Positions 25,297-43,378 of a stretch of 64,000 nt of DNA are shown piece after piece. Position 1 is the first letter of the stretch. Every line of letters starts with the position of its first letter. The position numbers and the translations under genes are program-made. The stretch lies in the NCBI RefSeq assembly GCF_009914755.1, contig NC_060934.1; one strand, written 5' to 3'. The notes below the pieces were generated by a model. The model was given only the letters and a program-made list of their open reading frames with translations. It was not told the origin of the DNA and ran no database searches. The DNA comes from the human T2T-CHM13v2.0 reference genome, Homo sapiens.

Positions 25297-26449
25297 TGCA
25301 TTCTGTAGGTATAATTATTCCCATTTTACTGATGAGAAAATGAAGGCTTGGAATACCTGCCCAAGGTCAAGTTGGTACTAAGTGGCTAGAATTGGTACCC
25401 AGGACTATTTTGATTCTAAACTCCATTCCCTGCCTTGGCCATCAGGAGGGACAAACAGCTAAGACACCAGCATGTTCTCCTGGCCCTTTCCGTTTACTCT
25501 GGGTGTCAGGAGTGTCAGGGGTGGCAGGAGCGATCTGTGCCTGTTTGCCCACAGATCACCCCACATATCTTTAGGGAATGGGAAATGGGCAATCTAAAGC
25601 TGAGATCATCTCCTCATGATTCGAGATGTTACAAAACTACAAGGCCTCCCCGACCTTCTCCCATTGCTCCCATGTTCATGCCCCCATCCCCCAATCATTC
25701 TCCCACCAACCTGCGCTGCAAACACTCCCTGACCAAGGCTGCTGTTTCAGAGCCAGAAAGCGCTGGGGTTATGAGGAGTGAGGGAGGCTCCAAGCGCAGG
25801 GCCACTTCCCCCCAGCTCCTGTCTTGGCCACACCAGCCTCCCTCCCAGGGGAGCTTCCAGCCCAACCTTCCCAGCCTATTCTTGCCTACTCCTGCCCTCC
25901 CACCCCACCCCTCAGCTCCGTTTTTCTGTCCTCTCTGTCCCTGTCCGACCTTTCCTTCCCCACTGGAAGATCTAAGGTCACATACCCTTTCTCTGCCTGT
26001 ACCTGCCTCAGGTCCTGAGCTGCCCCATCAGGGATGGTGGGGTCAGTAACAAAAATTTGGAGGGACCCACCCTGCTGGGAAAATCGTCCTTGATGGGAAA
26101 GTGCAGCCAAGGAAACTCCCTGAGGGCAGAGGTGGGGGAGCAGGAGGGTTGTTTAAATTAGTACCAGTTAGGCTGGGGTATGGGGGGCAGCACACCTAGG
26201 TCCTGCTCCCAGCTCAACCCTGACCAGCACATGACCTTATTGAGCCTCAGTTTCCACATCTAGGATGATTCCTAGCCCTGTCGCCGCACTTGACTGTCCT
26301 ATGCTTGGTGGAGCTCTGAGGCCAGCGGGTGGAAGTGTCTCCTAACATTCAGGGCCTGTACAGTTTCTTCTCCCTCTCCTCTACCCACTCTTTGATGAAA
26401 TGCAGCCAATTCCCACACACCCCCCTGCCCCCCTCCCCTGCCTGCTTAG

Positions 26450-26644
<195 letters not shown>

Positions 26645-27719
26645 TAATTTTTGTATTTTTAGTAGAGACAGGGTTTCACCATGTTGGCCAGGCTGGTCTG
26701 GTCTTGAACTCCTGATCTCAGGTGATTCACCCGCCTCGGCCTCCCAAAGTGCTGGGATTACAGGCGTGAGCCACCGTGCCCATCCCGTATTGTGCTTTTT
26801 AAACACAAAATGAATGCCTATTCGCTGTAGAAAATTTGCAGACTATATAACGGTATATACAGGAAGAGAAAAATCCCCTGTAACCCCATGATCTAGATAT
26901 AACCATGGTTAATATTTTGGGGGTACATTCTTCCTGTCCCCTGCACTTAGGTATTTATGTGCACATGCATTTATGTGCACTTAGAAGATTCACACAATGT
27001 GAACTGTTCTGTAAACTACTTCTTTTATGAAACCAGAACATCTTTCCGGGCCATAAAGCATCCTCTCCACTACCATTTAAAAATAAACGTTGGCTGGGTG
27101 TGGTGGCTCATGTCTGTAATCTCAGCACTTTGGGAGGCCAAGGCAGGCAGATTGTTTGAGCCCAGGAGTTCGAGACCAGCCTGGCCAACATGGTGAAACC
27201 TCGTCTCTACTGACAATACAATAATTAGCCGAATGTGGTGGCAGACACCTGTAATCCCAGCTACTCAGAAGACTGAGGCAGGAGAATCGCTTGAACCCGG
27301 GAGGCGGAGGTTGCAGTGAGCCGAGTTCTCGCTACTGCTCTCCAGCGTGGGCGACAGAGGGAGACTCCGCCTAAAAAAAAAAAAAGTTGCTTAATTCTTT
27401 AGGCTTCCTCCTCCAGGAAGCCAGCCTGGAGGATTTCTCCAGCCCAGTCAGCCTCTCTCAGGGTCCTTACACCGTGTTCCCTGTTATCCACCTTCTCTTA
27501 GACTGTGAGCTTCCAGGGGACAGAAGCCCCCTCTGGACCCTTTCACTCAGTGCCCGGTGTACGTAATAGATGCTTAATAAATGAGGCTGGAAAGGGTACT
27601 TTTCTTGATTGCTGTCAGCAGGAGGAGGCTGAGGCAGAGGAAAAGAGCACTGGACTTGGAGTCGGCGTGCCTGCCTGCCTGCCTCTAGCTTCGCAATCTT
27701 GTTTGCAGCGAAGGGGCAT

Positions 27720-28160
27720 AGTGGTCTGTGAGGCGCGGTGCCCAGTCCCGCCCGCCCCGCCGCGCCTGGCCGGGCGCCTGGCACAGCCCAGGCGCTCAGC
27801 GGAGGCCCCAGGCATGGCAGGACCTACGGAGCCCGGTGAGGTGAGCGCGCCAGGCCGGCCGGCTGGGCTGGAGGCAGAGGCCCAGGCGCCCGCCCTCGTG
27901 GGAAAGCGCGCGGAGGGCGACCCGGGTGAGTCAGCCGAAGAGCAGACGGGCTGCGGAGCAAGAAGACCGAGGCTGGAGGCGGCAGTGAGTGTTCCCGCCG
28001 GGCGGGTGGCGTTGTCGCCGCCAAGGGGGACCCGCCCCTCTCCCCTGTTCCCCGCACTGCCGGTCCCGCCGCCGGGGCCGGGACAAGAGCCTAGTGAGAC
28101 AGAGACGCTCCGGCGCGAGCTCCTGCCCAGGCCCTGTGGTCGGGCGGGGTGGGGGTTACC
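27720..28160. promoter_or_regulatory. Orphan CpG island, probable plus-strand alternative promoter
   Basis: CpG-dense; GC boxes at 27747-27760; plus-strand donors GTGAGC 27841, GTGAGT 27926, GTGAGT 27985; CGTGGGAA 27897; TGAGTCA 27927. Confidence 0.65.
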
Positions 28161-28717
28161 CAGGGCTCTGCCCTCAGCGGGATGTGTCCCCTCCCATCTG
28201 TCCCGTCCCCTCGCTGGGCTTCTGTCCAGTGGCCTCATTCTGTTGCTGCTGGTGGGAAGGGTGGGATGTGCCTGCTTGGTAAATTGTGGGGCGCCACCAA
28301 ACGCGGGGGGCCCCCATTTGGTGCCAGGCGAGGCCTGGTGCGTGGGCAGGAGAGTCAGGATGGGCCCCGCACACCATCACCGCCTTACCGCGGTGCTGCA
28401 CTGCTAAACCAAGGGATTACTGCTGTTCCTGGGCTCAGGGAGAGAGCGGCTCCCCCACCTTTATCCCCCGCCATCCGCCCACCCACTGCTTCACCCTTCC
28501 CCCATCCCACCCCACCCCACTCCAAGCCCCAGGGAGCCCGGTTTATAAGAGCCACTGCCACCGTTTGTCCATCGCTCACTGGGACGCTGCTTTGTGATAA
28601 ACATTTTGCACAGTTACCTCAGTTAGCCCTCCCGCTGGCACTATACTGACGGCTCCCTTTTCAGATGAGGAACCGGGGCTCGGAGAGGTGAAGTCACTTC
28701 TTCAAGGTCACTGCAGT

Positions 28718-28876
28718 CAGAGGCGGAGCTGCCCTGAGGCTAATTGAAGCTTAAGTTTCAGACCCTTGCAAGGCCCGGACCTAATTTTTGCATTTGTATT
28801 TTTGTGTTCTTTTCCTTTAAAAGCCCCCTCCCGCGACAGTAGGAGGGTCAAGCCCCTTCAAAATGGATCTCTCTGA
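28718..28876. mobile_element. hAT-Tip100-type MITE (MER96/MER53-like)
   Basis: cagaggcgga..gctaattgaagcttaagtttcag..cctaatttttg..ggatctctctg with terminal inverted repeats. Confidence 0.45.
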
Positions 28877-29829
28877 CCGTGCCTGGTCTGTCTGCTGTCC
28901 TCTGTGGCACTGCCTCGGATGGGTGGGGATGGGGGGGTTGCTGGGGCTGGGCAGTGCCAACCTGGCATGGAGGGAAGGACGTCCAGATTTGGTCAAGGGG
29001 CCCACATGACCTTTGCATGAGTCTTGGCAGACTCCAAACAGCCTGCTGTGCGCGGAGCCAGCTTAGGCAGAGCCCCCGCCTTGTGACGTTGGGATCTTCT
29101 CTGGGACTCAGCTGTCCTCATCTGAGTTAGGGGTGGTTATTATGGGGTAACTGCAGACACAAGGTGAAAGTGGAAGGAACAGAGGCTGGAAAGCTCGGAG
29201 CCCTGCCTGTCCTCCGTTCCCCCACGTACTCCCCCTCAGCCACCCCATAGGTGAACGCCACTCTGCCCTGTGCCCTCATCTTCACAGCCAGCCCTCTCCC
29301 CTCCAGCTGCCGCACCTTCTCCACAGCAGTTGTCCGTGGTGCCTACACTCCCCGCTTCACGGTCACCCTTCACCCGGTTCCATTGTGTGCCTCCTGCCTC
29401 CACCCACCATGGCGTCTGCCCTGGCTTGGGTTGTATAGGAGAGACTCCGTGTTACCAAATTGGCTCCAGCCCTGCCTGGCCGCACAGCAGCCTTTGACAC
29501 GATTGAAATGCTCCCCACCTCTTAGCTTTCGTGCGGCTAAGCTTCCCTTCCGCCGTCTGGGCCCCTGCTCAGTCCTCTTTGTCTTCTGAGCCTCTTCCCC
29601 CTGCCCCAGGCCTCCCCTCCCCTCGAAGCCCGCCCTCCAAGGCTGTGCTTCGACTTCTCTTCTCCCCTGCGGTTACTTGCCTCTCCTGGAGGGTCTCACC
29701 CATCCTGGGGCTTAAAAGCCACCAATGCCCATGGTGCCCGGCCTTTGTCTACCCCAGACCAGTCCTCAGAACTCTGGACCCCTGCACCCACCGGCCTACC
29801 GTGCGTCTCCCGTGGGCTCCCTCACAGTC

Positions 29830-30930
<1,101 letters not shown>

Positions 30931-33649
30931 GTGTGAAGGAAAGGTGTGGAGGCCCAGCTGCCAAAGTTGTCCTGCTGCCATCTGTCCAGCAGATGGCCTC
31001 CCAGACCAGAGCTTCACCTCTGTAGATGGGTACCCATAGCAGTCCTCAGATTCCAGAACAGCTCCTATGCAAATCCCGGGGCCCCCACTTGAGATCCACA
31101 TGGCAGATGTGGGAGCCAGGCCATGCCCTCTTTTGTCTTCAGTCCCAGAAAGCCCTTGGCACTTGCTTTTTTGAGATTTACGACTTGGCATTGTGATTTT
31201 TTTGTTTTTTGTTTTTGTTTTCATTTTTGAGGCAGGGTCTCGCTCTGTCACCCAGGCTGGAGTGCAATGGCACAATCATGACTAATTGCAGCCTCAACCT
31301 CCCTGGCTCAAGCCATCCTCCCACCTCAGGCTCCCGAGTAGCTGGGACTACAGGCATGTGCAATCATGCCCAGCGTATTTTTGTATTATTTGTAGAGATG
31401 GAGTTTCACCATGTTGCCCAGGCTGGTCTCAAACTCCTGACCTTGAGCGATCCGCCCACCTCAGCTTCCCATAGTGCTGGGACTGCAGGTGTGAGCCACC
31501 ACCCTCGGCTTGGCATCATGATTATCTACCTGCATGTCCTACAAGGGGACTAGGGGCAACTCAAGCCAGAGACCTGATCTCACCTGTCTCTTTTTCCTTG
31601 CTTGCGCAGAGCTCAGAAAACAAATGACTAGTAGGGAAACTGAGTGACTCAGTCAGTGGAGAGACTGCTCCTGGAAGTTAACATTAAGGCTTTGGAGCCC
31701 CATTCCTGGGTTCTACTCCCGGCTCTGGGGCTTCCTAGTTGTGAGGCTTAGGCGAGTTTCTTAACTAATCTATGCCTCCCCTGTAAAGTGGGAATACTAC
31801 GTGCCTCATAGGATTGTTGTGAGACTTGAATGAGGAAATACATGAAAAGTCTTTTTTTTCTGGTGCCTGGCATGTAATCAATGCTCAGTAAATGGGAGCT
31901 TTTATCATTGAACAATTCTTTACCCCCTACTGGAAGTCCAGTCTCAGCTGGGGAGAGGCTGCCTACTGTTGCACTGGGCACAATTGTGCATGCTTGTGCA
32001 GGGCATGCACACACATATGCAGGAACAACACACAACTCTCCCAGCTGTGGCGTGAGCTGGCCAAGGTGCCTCCCTTGCCAGAACAGGGGAGCCTGGCAGA
32101 TGCCTTGTGCCCCCCTGGCACTGTGCCTCCTGTGCCCAGTGCCATTGGCTTGGCAAGACAGGTTGCCATGGCAGCAGGTGACTGGGCCTGCAGGCGGGGA
32201 CAGTGGGTAGCCTTGGCTGAGCTCTCTGGTTTTTTAGAAGGGGGTGGCTTGCTGCCAAGGCACAGGCTTTCCTGTTACTTGGCTGCATCCGTGGCCACAC
32301 CCAGGAGCCCCTGTGGGCTCCCAGCCCTGGGAACTGGGAGACTGAGCCAGCCACTCACTCTGGGCATTCCCCCAGGCCTGGGGACATGCCCCATTGTCCA
32401 TCACTCACATTCCACTGGAAAGATCTGGCGTGGGTCTTTTTCCTCTACCCCGTGGTGAACTCCTGGAGAGTTCAGATTGCACCCAGCACATTGTAGGTCT
32501 CTCTCGAATGTTTGTGGGGTGAATCAAAAAACAAAAAATGCGCCGGTCATGGTGGCTCACGCCTGTAATCCCAGCACTTTGGGAGGCCAAGGCGGGCAGA
32601 TCACAAGGTCAGGAGATCAAGACCATCCTGGCTAACACGGTGAAAACCCATCTCTACTAAAAATGCAAAAAATTAGCCGGGCATGGTGGCAGGTGCCTGT
32701 AGTCCCAGCTACCAGCTACGGGGAGGCTGAGGCAGGAGAATGGCGTGAACCCGGCAGGCGGGAACCGAGATCGTGCCACTGCACTCCAGCCTGGGTGACA
32801 GAGCGAGACTCCGTCTCAAAAAAAAAGAACAGGTAAAGCAGGTAGAATTATGACTTTACTCTCCTCTCACCACCTAGAGGAGAAAAGGTGGTGAGAGGAG
32901 CGTAAAGTCTCCAGACATAATTCTACCTGCTCTAGAGATTAATATCTAATTAATAATATTACTTTAGTACCCACTGTGTGCCAGACATTGCTCTAGGTGG
33001 AGCCAAGATTTGAACCCAGATGGATACATTCCTGCTGTCATGGAGCTAATATCCTAGTGGAGGGAGACAGACAATAAACAAACAGGCAAAAAAAACCAGG
33101 AAAACATCAGATAAGGACTACAGGTGCTATGCTGAGAATTACAATAGGGGGATGCAGTAGGGAGGAACTGAGTGGCCACCTCAGATGTGGGGACAGGAAA
33201 GGCCTCTCCAAGGAGGCGACATTTAAGCAAAGACCTAATTGGAAGAAAGGAAGATCTGGATGGGGAGCCTTCTAGGAATATGGACAAGCTAGTTCAGAGG
33301 CCCTGAGGACAGAGCACACTTGACCAGTGTGGAAAGAAGTGAGGTTGAACTTAGTAGGTGAAGGGGATGATGAAGATACACATACAGTAAAGTGTACTAA
33401 TCCTAAAGTTACAACTTGATGAGTTTTCACGCATGCGTTTGTCCACGTAAGCCCTATCCAGATCAAGCTATAGCACCCCAGAAAGTTCCCTCGGGCCCCT
33501 CCCAGTCAGTGTTGCCCCTCACCCACGGGCTGCTCTTCTGGCCTTGATGATTGTCATAGGCTAATTTTGCCTGTCCCTGGACTTCATATAAATGATGAGA
33601 TCTTATCCTGTATTCTTGTTTGTATCTGGCTTTTTTTTTTTTTTTTTGA

Positions 33650-33960
<311 letters not shown>

Positions 33961-33963
33961 TGA

Positions 33964-34599
<636 letters not shown>

Positions 34600-35645
34600 T
34601 AGCCAGGATGGTCTCGATCTCCTGACCTCGTGATCCGCCCGCCTCTGCCTCCCAAAGTGCTGGGATTACAGGCGTGAGCCACCGCACCCGGCCTCTACAT
34701 ACACTTTTAAGTAGCTTATATATGCTGGTGAAAGGTCCCCTGGTTCTCTTCCATTTTACAGGTGGGGAAACTGAGGCTCAGAGAAGGGAATAGACTTATC
34801 CCTGGTTACTCAGGCAGTTAGTGGCTGACAGTGGTACTGCTGACTCTGTAGAAGGCAGAGGCCCTGGGTTCCAGGGAGGGAGGAGGAGAGAATGAGTATT
34901 TACTGAGCACCTACTATATATCAGGTCCTCCATAGGTATTATGTCATTTGCCGTCATCGTCAAAATAACCCTGCCAATTAGGCGTGATTATGTTAGTTTT
35001 ACAGGTGAGGGGCCTGAGTCTAAGAAACATATTTACAGAGTGGAGTCAGGACTCAGGCGGGCCAATCTGACTCCAAAGCCTGACACCCTCCAAGACATCA
35101 CGCTGCCACTCAGGGAGGGGTGAAGCCTCCATACGCCAAGGCTGCACAGGCTGAATGCAGAACTCACAGGTGAATGAAGAGCTTGAGGGGGCTTGTTGGG
35201 TTAGGCTGGTCCCTCCTCAGGATGGAGGACAGCAGGGAGAAAGGTCCTGGTCTTCTGCTTTGAACCCCTGCCAGGGTCCCACAGACATTTACCCCCTGAG
35301 GCCCCAGTTTCGTGGTTAACTTACTGTTAACCTTGGGCCAGGTACTCCCTCTCTGGCTCCTTTTAGCTCTGCTCTTCTGAGTGGGGTTTGGACTGGAAGT
35401 CTCTTGGCCTTCACTGTTCTGATCCTGCCCCATGCCCCAGGGCTGTCACCGGGGAGGCTGGAGGGGAGAGGGGCTTTGGGACCTCCAGTGTCTCTACCTC
35501 CTCCACATGCTGGTCTTCCTGATTCAGAGCTGGATCTCAGGCCCCCTTGGGACTTTGTGAGGAGGCCTTTTGTTGGAGGAGGACAATTATTTTCTCACAT
35601 TCAGTGGGTTGTCTTTTAAAAAAAATTGTGGTAAAATATACATAA

Positions 35646-35792
<147 letters not shown>

Positions 35793-37682
35793 TAGTTGGG
35801 ATTATAGGTGCCCGCCACCATGCCTGGCTAATTTTTGTATTTTTAGTAGAGAAGGGGTTTCACCATGTTGGCTAGGCTGCTCTTGAACTCCTGACTTCGT
35901 GATCTGCCCATCTCAGCTTCCCAAAGTGTCGGGATTACAGGTGTGAGCCACCGCGCCCAGCCATTTTAACGATTTTTAATTAAACACTACAGTGGCATTA
36001 AGTACATTCTTGTAGCTGTGCAACCATCAGCACCATCCATCTCCAGAAGCTTTACATCTTCTCAGGCTGGAACTCCTTACCCATTAAACAATCACCGAGG
36101 CTTTTAAAATAGTGGTTTTTGGAGATGGCAGGCAGCCCTCCTTGAGAAGCGTGAGGGAAGTTGTAAGAGAACGTGAGAGAATGTGGAACACTCTGGGGAG
36201 AAGGGGCAGGAATTTGAGGGGAGAAAGCAAGGGCCCCGGGGCAGGCAGGCTTAGCAAGCTCACCTCCGGGATGCTGCCAGGGCTCCGAGAGTCCCCTGCA
36301 TGGGCTCTTTCCTTCCTTCCACAGCCACCCCAGCCCCACCGTCCTGGCCTCACCCTCTCTCCCTGTAAGGAAATGGTGGGCATTTTAACAATTTCGCTGC
36401 CTCCTGCCAGCAGCAGCCCACTCCTGCACCCTCTTCAGAGACTTGAAGTGGGTGACAACTCCTGACGGGCGGGCCTGGGGGTGCAGAAAGGGACTTGTCC
36501 ATGGGTCTCTAAGTGTCAAATGTCAGGTAGGTGTGAAGTCAGAGCCAGGAGACCAGCTTCTGGGGGGTATGGGAGGTGTTGAGTGTTGAGAGAAAGCAGG
36601 GTTTCATTCTCTTCTTGACCCCCTTGGGAAAGAGGCCCCCTGGGGAGCTGGAGTTAGAATCACAGTTAAGGCCTCTTCTGGTCCTAGAGGTTCCCACCAG
36701 CCTTTGAAAGTCCTGGAATGTTTAGCTGGAGAAGCCTGGGGGTGGGGGTATGAGATGGTGTTTCTCAAATATTTGAGGGGCAGTCCCCCGGGAGGAGGTA
36801 CCTGTGCTCTGGTGGTCCCAGTGGTGGAGGTGGGGGGTGGGAGGTGAGGGGAAGTAAAAGAATAGCTGGAGAGTGAGGGGAGCCACTGAGAAGTGGATGT
36901 CGGGTTCATGTGTGGAGAAGGGTGAAGGACGTCCTAACACCCCGCACAGTTCGCGGGGAAGCGGATGGCGTCTGAAGGAGTGAGATCCCCGTCACTGGGA
37001 GGATTCAAGTTAGGCAGCAGTTTAGTAGCCGTATACAAGAGCTCTGGAGTCAGAGAGGGCTGGGGAACACTGGGCAAGTTCCTCAATTGCTGTGTGCCTG
37101 AATTTCTTCATTTGTAAAATGAGGATAGCAATGGAACCTGCTCTAAGGGTTTTGTGAGGAGTGAGATCATGATTCTGACACAGTAGCCAGCACTTAGAAC
37201 GCACCCAGGATAGGACAGGAGTGCATGGAGGGGATTCTTGGATGAGGTGGGGAGTTAGATTAACTCCTCACTACGAGCCCCCCAGCCTGGATTTTCATGG
37301 AAGGAGTGCCCTGGGGCTCATTGTGGCAATGCCCCTGAGTTATCTGAAGTTCGCCACCTGCCACCAAATGGGCAGTTTACCCACCCACCCCCCATTGACG
37401 GGGTCTGAGGACAGTACCTTGTGATTACGCACAAGGCAGGGGTTATTTATCCCATTTTACAGATGAAGAGACTGAGGCTGAGAGGCTCCTTGGCTTTCCC
37501 AGCACAGACATGGGAAGACAGGAATGAGATGAGGATTCAGGTTTCCAGAAGCCTGGTCAGGGGACTTGATCTGTTGTGATGGCCCTTATGGAGCCTGGCC
37601 CCTGGGCTTCCCTCTGTCGGAGTAGTTGCCTGTCTTACTGGGAAGAAGGCAGGTGTGGTCCACCAGGTAAGGTTTTTTTTGA

Positions 37683-37997
<315 letters not shown>

Positions 37998-38120
37998 TAG
38001 AGCCCAAGTGTGGAGCCCCCCTTCCCTGCCTTTGCCCACAAGGAGCCCCTGCCCAGGACTTCTTATGGACGGGGTGTAGTGGGCAGAGCACAGCAGCCTC
38101 ACCCTAGCCCATGAGGCAGG

Positions 38121-38122
<2 letters not shown>

Positions 38123-38174
<52 letters not shown>
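38123..38174. repeat. (TG)26 microsatellite
   Basis: Direct read. Confidence 0.97.
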
Positions 38175-38178
<4 letters not shown>

Positions 38179-39074
38179 GAGATGGAGTCTCGCTCTGTCA
38201 CCCAGGCTGGAGTGCAGTGGTGTGATCTTGGCTCACGGCAACCTCCGCCCCCCAGGTTCAAGCAATTCTCCTGAGGCAGGACTCTTATTATGGTCCTATA
38301 GTAGATGAAGAGACTGAGACTAGGGGCACACAGCTGGTAAGGGACAGAGCTGGGATTTAAATCCAGTAGCGTGGCTTTAAAGCTTGCCTTTATCTACCCA
38401 CAGTGGAGGGGGCACGGTACCATCTCTGAATCCATTACCTCTAGCCGCGGAAGGCACCTTGGATTTAGGGACTGCATGTGTTCCTTCTGAGCCTTGGCCA
38501 GCCCACCCTTAAGAGGAGCTGGCATCGCTGGGGCCTCTGCCAGCTGGAGTTGGGAACATCTCACCCCAGGCTGGCAGGCGGCTAAGGGTCAGATTGGCCT
38601 ATCAGCCAGAGGATTACCTCGGAGTCCCTTGGAACATGGATTCCCAAATGTGAAACATTCTACCGTGGCCTTAAACCCTCCGAGGGGGCTTTCCCAGGCT
38701 CAGCCCTGGAGATTCTGGCTGAGGAGGGCTGGGCGGAGCCTGGGAGTCTGTCGTGTAACCCCTCCACCAGTGATTCAAATGCACACACAGGCAGGCTGGG
38801 GAACAACTGTTTACTCCTAACTGCTGGACCGTGAATGCTTGTCTCAGATTGTCTGGGGGTGTCTGGAGGGGCCTTCCAAGCCAGCGGAGCTCCGGCGGCT
38901 GCTAGTTGAAGTGAATGTGCATTGAATGCATTATGCTTCTGAGTTTGCTGTAGAGGTGAGCGGGCTGATAAGCTGGGCTGGGTTCCCCTGGGCCACCCCT
39001 GCCTGCTGCTGGGTGCCTGCAAGATGCAAAGGGTGGGTGGGCTGGCTGGTGTCTGTGCCTTCTGAGAAGCCTAG

Positions 39075-39518
<444 letters not shown>

Positions 39519-39949
39519 TGACTCTGTTTCTTTAAATTGCATTTATTATGTCCATCGTATTCTGATGGCAGAAGGGGTGAATGGTGTGATATTTGGGGGC
39601 TGCTTTAAAACACTCCAACAAGGAAAAGGAAAACAGTAGATGAAGCAAGTGTGGCAAAATCTTGATAACTGTCATATCTGGACAATGGGTGTATAGAATC
39701 AATTATACTATTCTCTACATTTGTGCATATGTAAGAATGTTCCAAATTAAAATGACAAATGTCTTAATTATTAGAATGTCAGAAATGCATGGTGTAAAAA
39801 ACTCAACTATGCAGTAGGATAGTGGGAGGTCAGTCTGCTCCCCTCTCCCAGACCCCAGTCCCCTCTTAGGACTAAGTCCTCTTTTCAGCCTCTTCTACAG
39901 CCTTCCAGAGGTTGACTGTGTGTATACAAGCCTATGAGTATAAGTGTGA

Positions 39950-40359
<410 letters not shown>

Positions 40360-41709
40360 TAACTGGGATTACAGGCATGCGCCACCACACCTGGCTAATT
40401 TAGTTTTTTTTTTTTTTTGTGGTACTTTTAGTAGAGACGGGGTTTCACCATGTTGGCCAGGCTGGCTTCAAACTCCTGACCTCCCTCATGATCCTCCCGC
40501 CTCGGCCTCCCAAAGTGTTGGGATTATAGGCGTGAGCCACCGTGTCCGGCCTGAATTTTTGTATTTTTAGTAGAGACGAGGTTTCTCCATATTAGCCAGG
40601 CTGGTCTTGAACTCCTGACCTCAGGTGATCCATTGGCCTTGGCCTCCCAAAGTGCTTGGATTATAGGCATGAGCCAACGCACTCAGCCTCGATAGTATTA
40701 TACATTTATTACTCTTATCCCTGGATACTGGGTTTCCAAGCTCGCTGCACATTTCTGTGTGTGCATCTGGGTGGGTGTAACTGTCGGACAGGATTCTGTG
40801 GTTGGAATCCATGTGACTTATTCATCACCTTAGAGACAGATACTGAGGCTGCCTCCAGCACCCCACTGTCATGGTCAACACCACTGTGGTCATCTTTGTC
40901 CATGTCCATCTCTGAATCTTGCCCTTTACTCTAGCAAGCATTTTTTCTCAGCTCACATACATCTGCCTTGGGTTTTAAAATAGCTGCACGGTGTTCCTAG
41001 TTTTGGATGTTCCATAGTTTAGCCAATCACCTCTCTACTGACAGACCTTTCAATCTTCTCTTTCATCATCTCACTCAAACTATGAATAGCCTTGTTCAGT
41101 TGTCAGTTTGCACACATGCAAGCACATTTCTAGGCGAAAGTCCTAGTGATGGAATTGCTGAGGCAAAGGGTCTGTGCCTTTGTCATTTGCATGGATACTG
41201 CCAGAAAAGTGTGAGAATATCTGTTTCCCACCCATCAGCAAAACTGTCTTCCAGCGCTTAGGTTCTTTGAGGCTCAGAGAGTGGTGGTCTGGCTGGGATA
41301 ACACAGCCAGTGAGGGTTGGCACTGAGCCTGGCATGCAGGAAACTGAACCCTGGCCAGTGACCTTCCCAAGGCACTGCTTTGGCTTCTTCATGCCCGAAG
41401 CTTCACAGAGTCTGGGACCTTCCTAGCAAGTCTGGGGGCCTCGGCCTTTGGAATGTGCCTGGTAAGCAACCCCTCCAAGTGCCCACTAGCCCAGAGCAGT
41501 GTCAGCCTTGGAGCTCGTCACACGAAAGCCCCTGGGAGGTTGTGTCAGGCCTGGCCTCCGTAGATCCCTGACCCCTTCCTCACCCCCACCTCCCTGCAGC
41601 ATCTTCATAAAGGGCTCTGTCAGAGTGAGACATCCTTGGGAGCCTGGAGTGGTGTTGCCTGGAGACAACTGGGCAACAGATCTGAGTTATTTATTTATTT
41701 ATTTATTGA

Positions 41710-42585
<876 letters not shown>

Positions 42586-43081
42586 TAGCTGACCTGGAAG
42601 GTCCTGCATCCCGCCCTGCTGGGTGCCACCAATCGTGCTTCCCCAGCACCCTGGCCCCACCCCGACTCTGCAGGAAACACAGGGCTCTGAAATGATCCGT
42701 GACTTGTCTGCCTCTCCCACAGGTCTGTGAGCACCTCGAGGGCAGGGCAGGGTCTTATTCATCTCTGTGTCCTGAGCCCAGAGTCAGGCACATAGTGGGC
42801 ACTTAAAGAGCATTTCCACATGGAGCTTGGATGCTTGAGCAGCTCTCCCTCAGACAGGGGCCAGCTGTCTATCTATGGACCCTCACTCTCTCCCCGACAG
42901 CCCTGCAGGGACCAGAAGAAATGATCCTTCTTTTTTTGTTGTGTACTTGTTTACTGTCCTCCCAGCCCACTAAAATGTCAGTTCCATGAAGGCAGGAACT
43001 TGTCTGCCTCATTCACTGCTCAGGGGATAGAACAGTCTTGGAATATAGAAGGGGCTCCATAAATGTTTGTTTACAGACTAA

Positions 43082-43378
<297 letters not shown>

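Noticed and set aside
28017-28032. CTCF-like CCGCCAAGGGGGAC
   Set aside because: Two mismatches at high-information core positions
27505-28407. 300-aa and overlapping ORFs
   Set aside because: Stop-poor CpG-island sequence; low-complexity Pro/Gly/Ala/Arg in several frames
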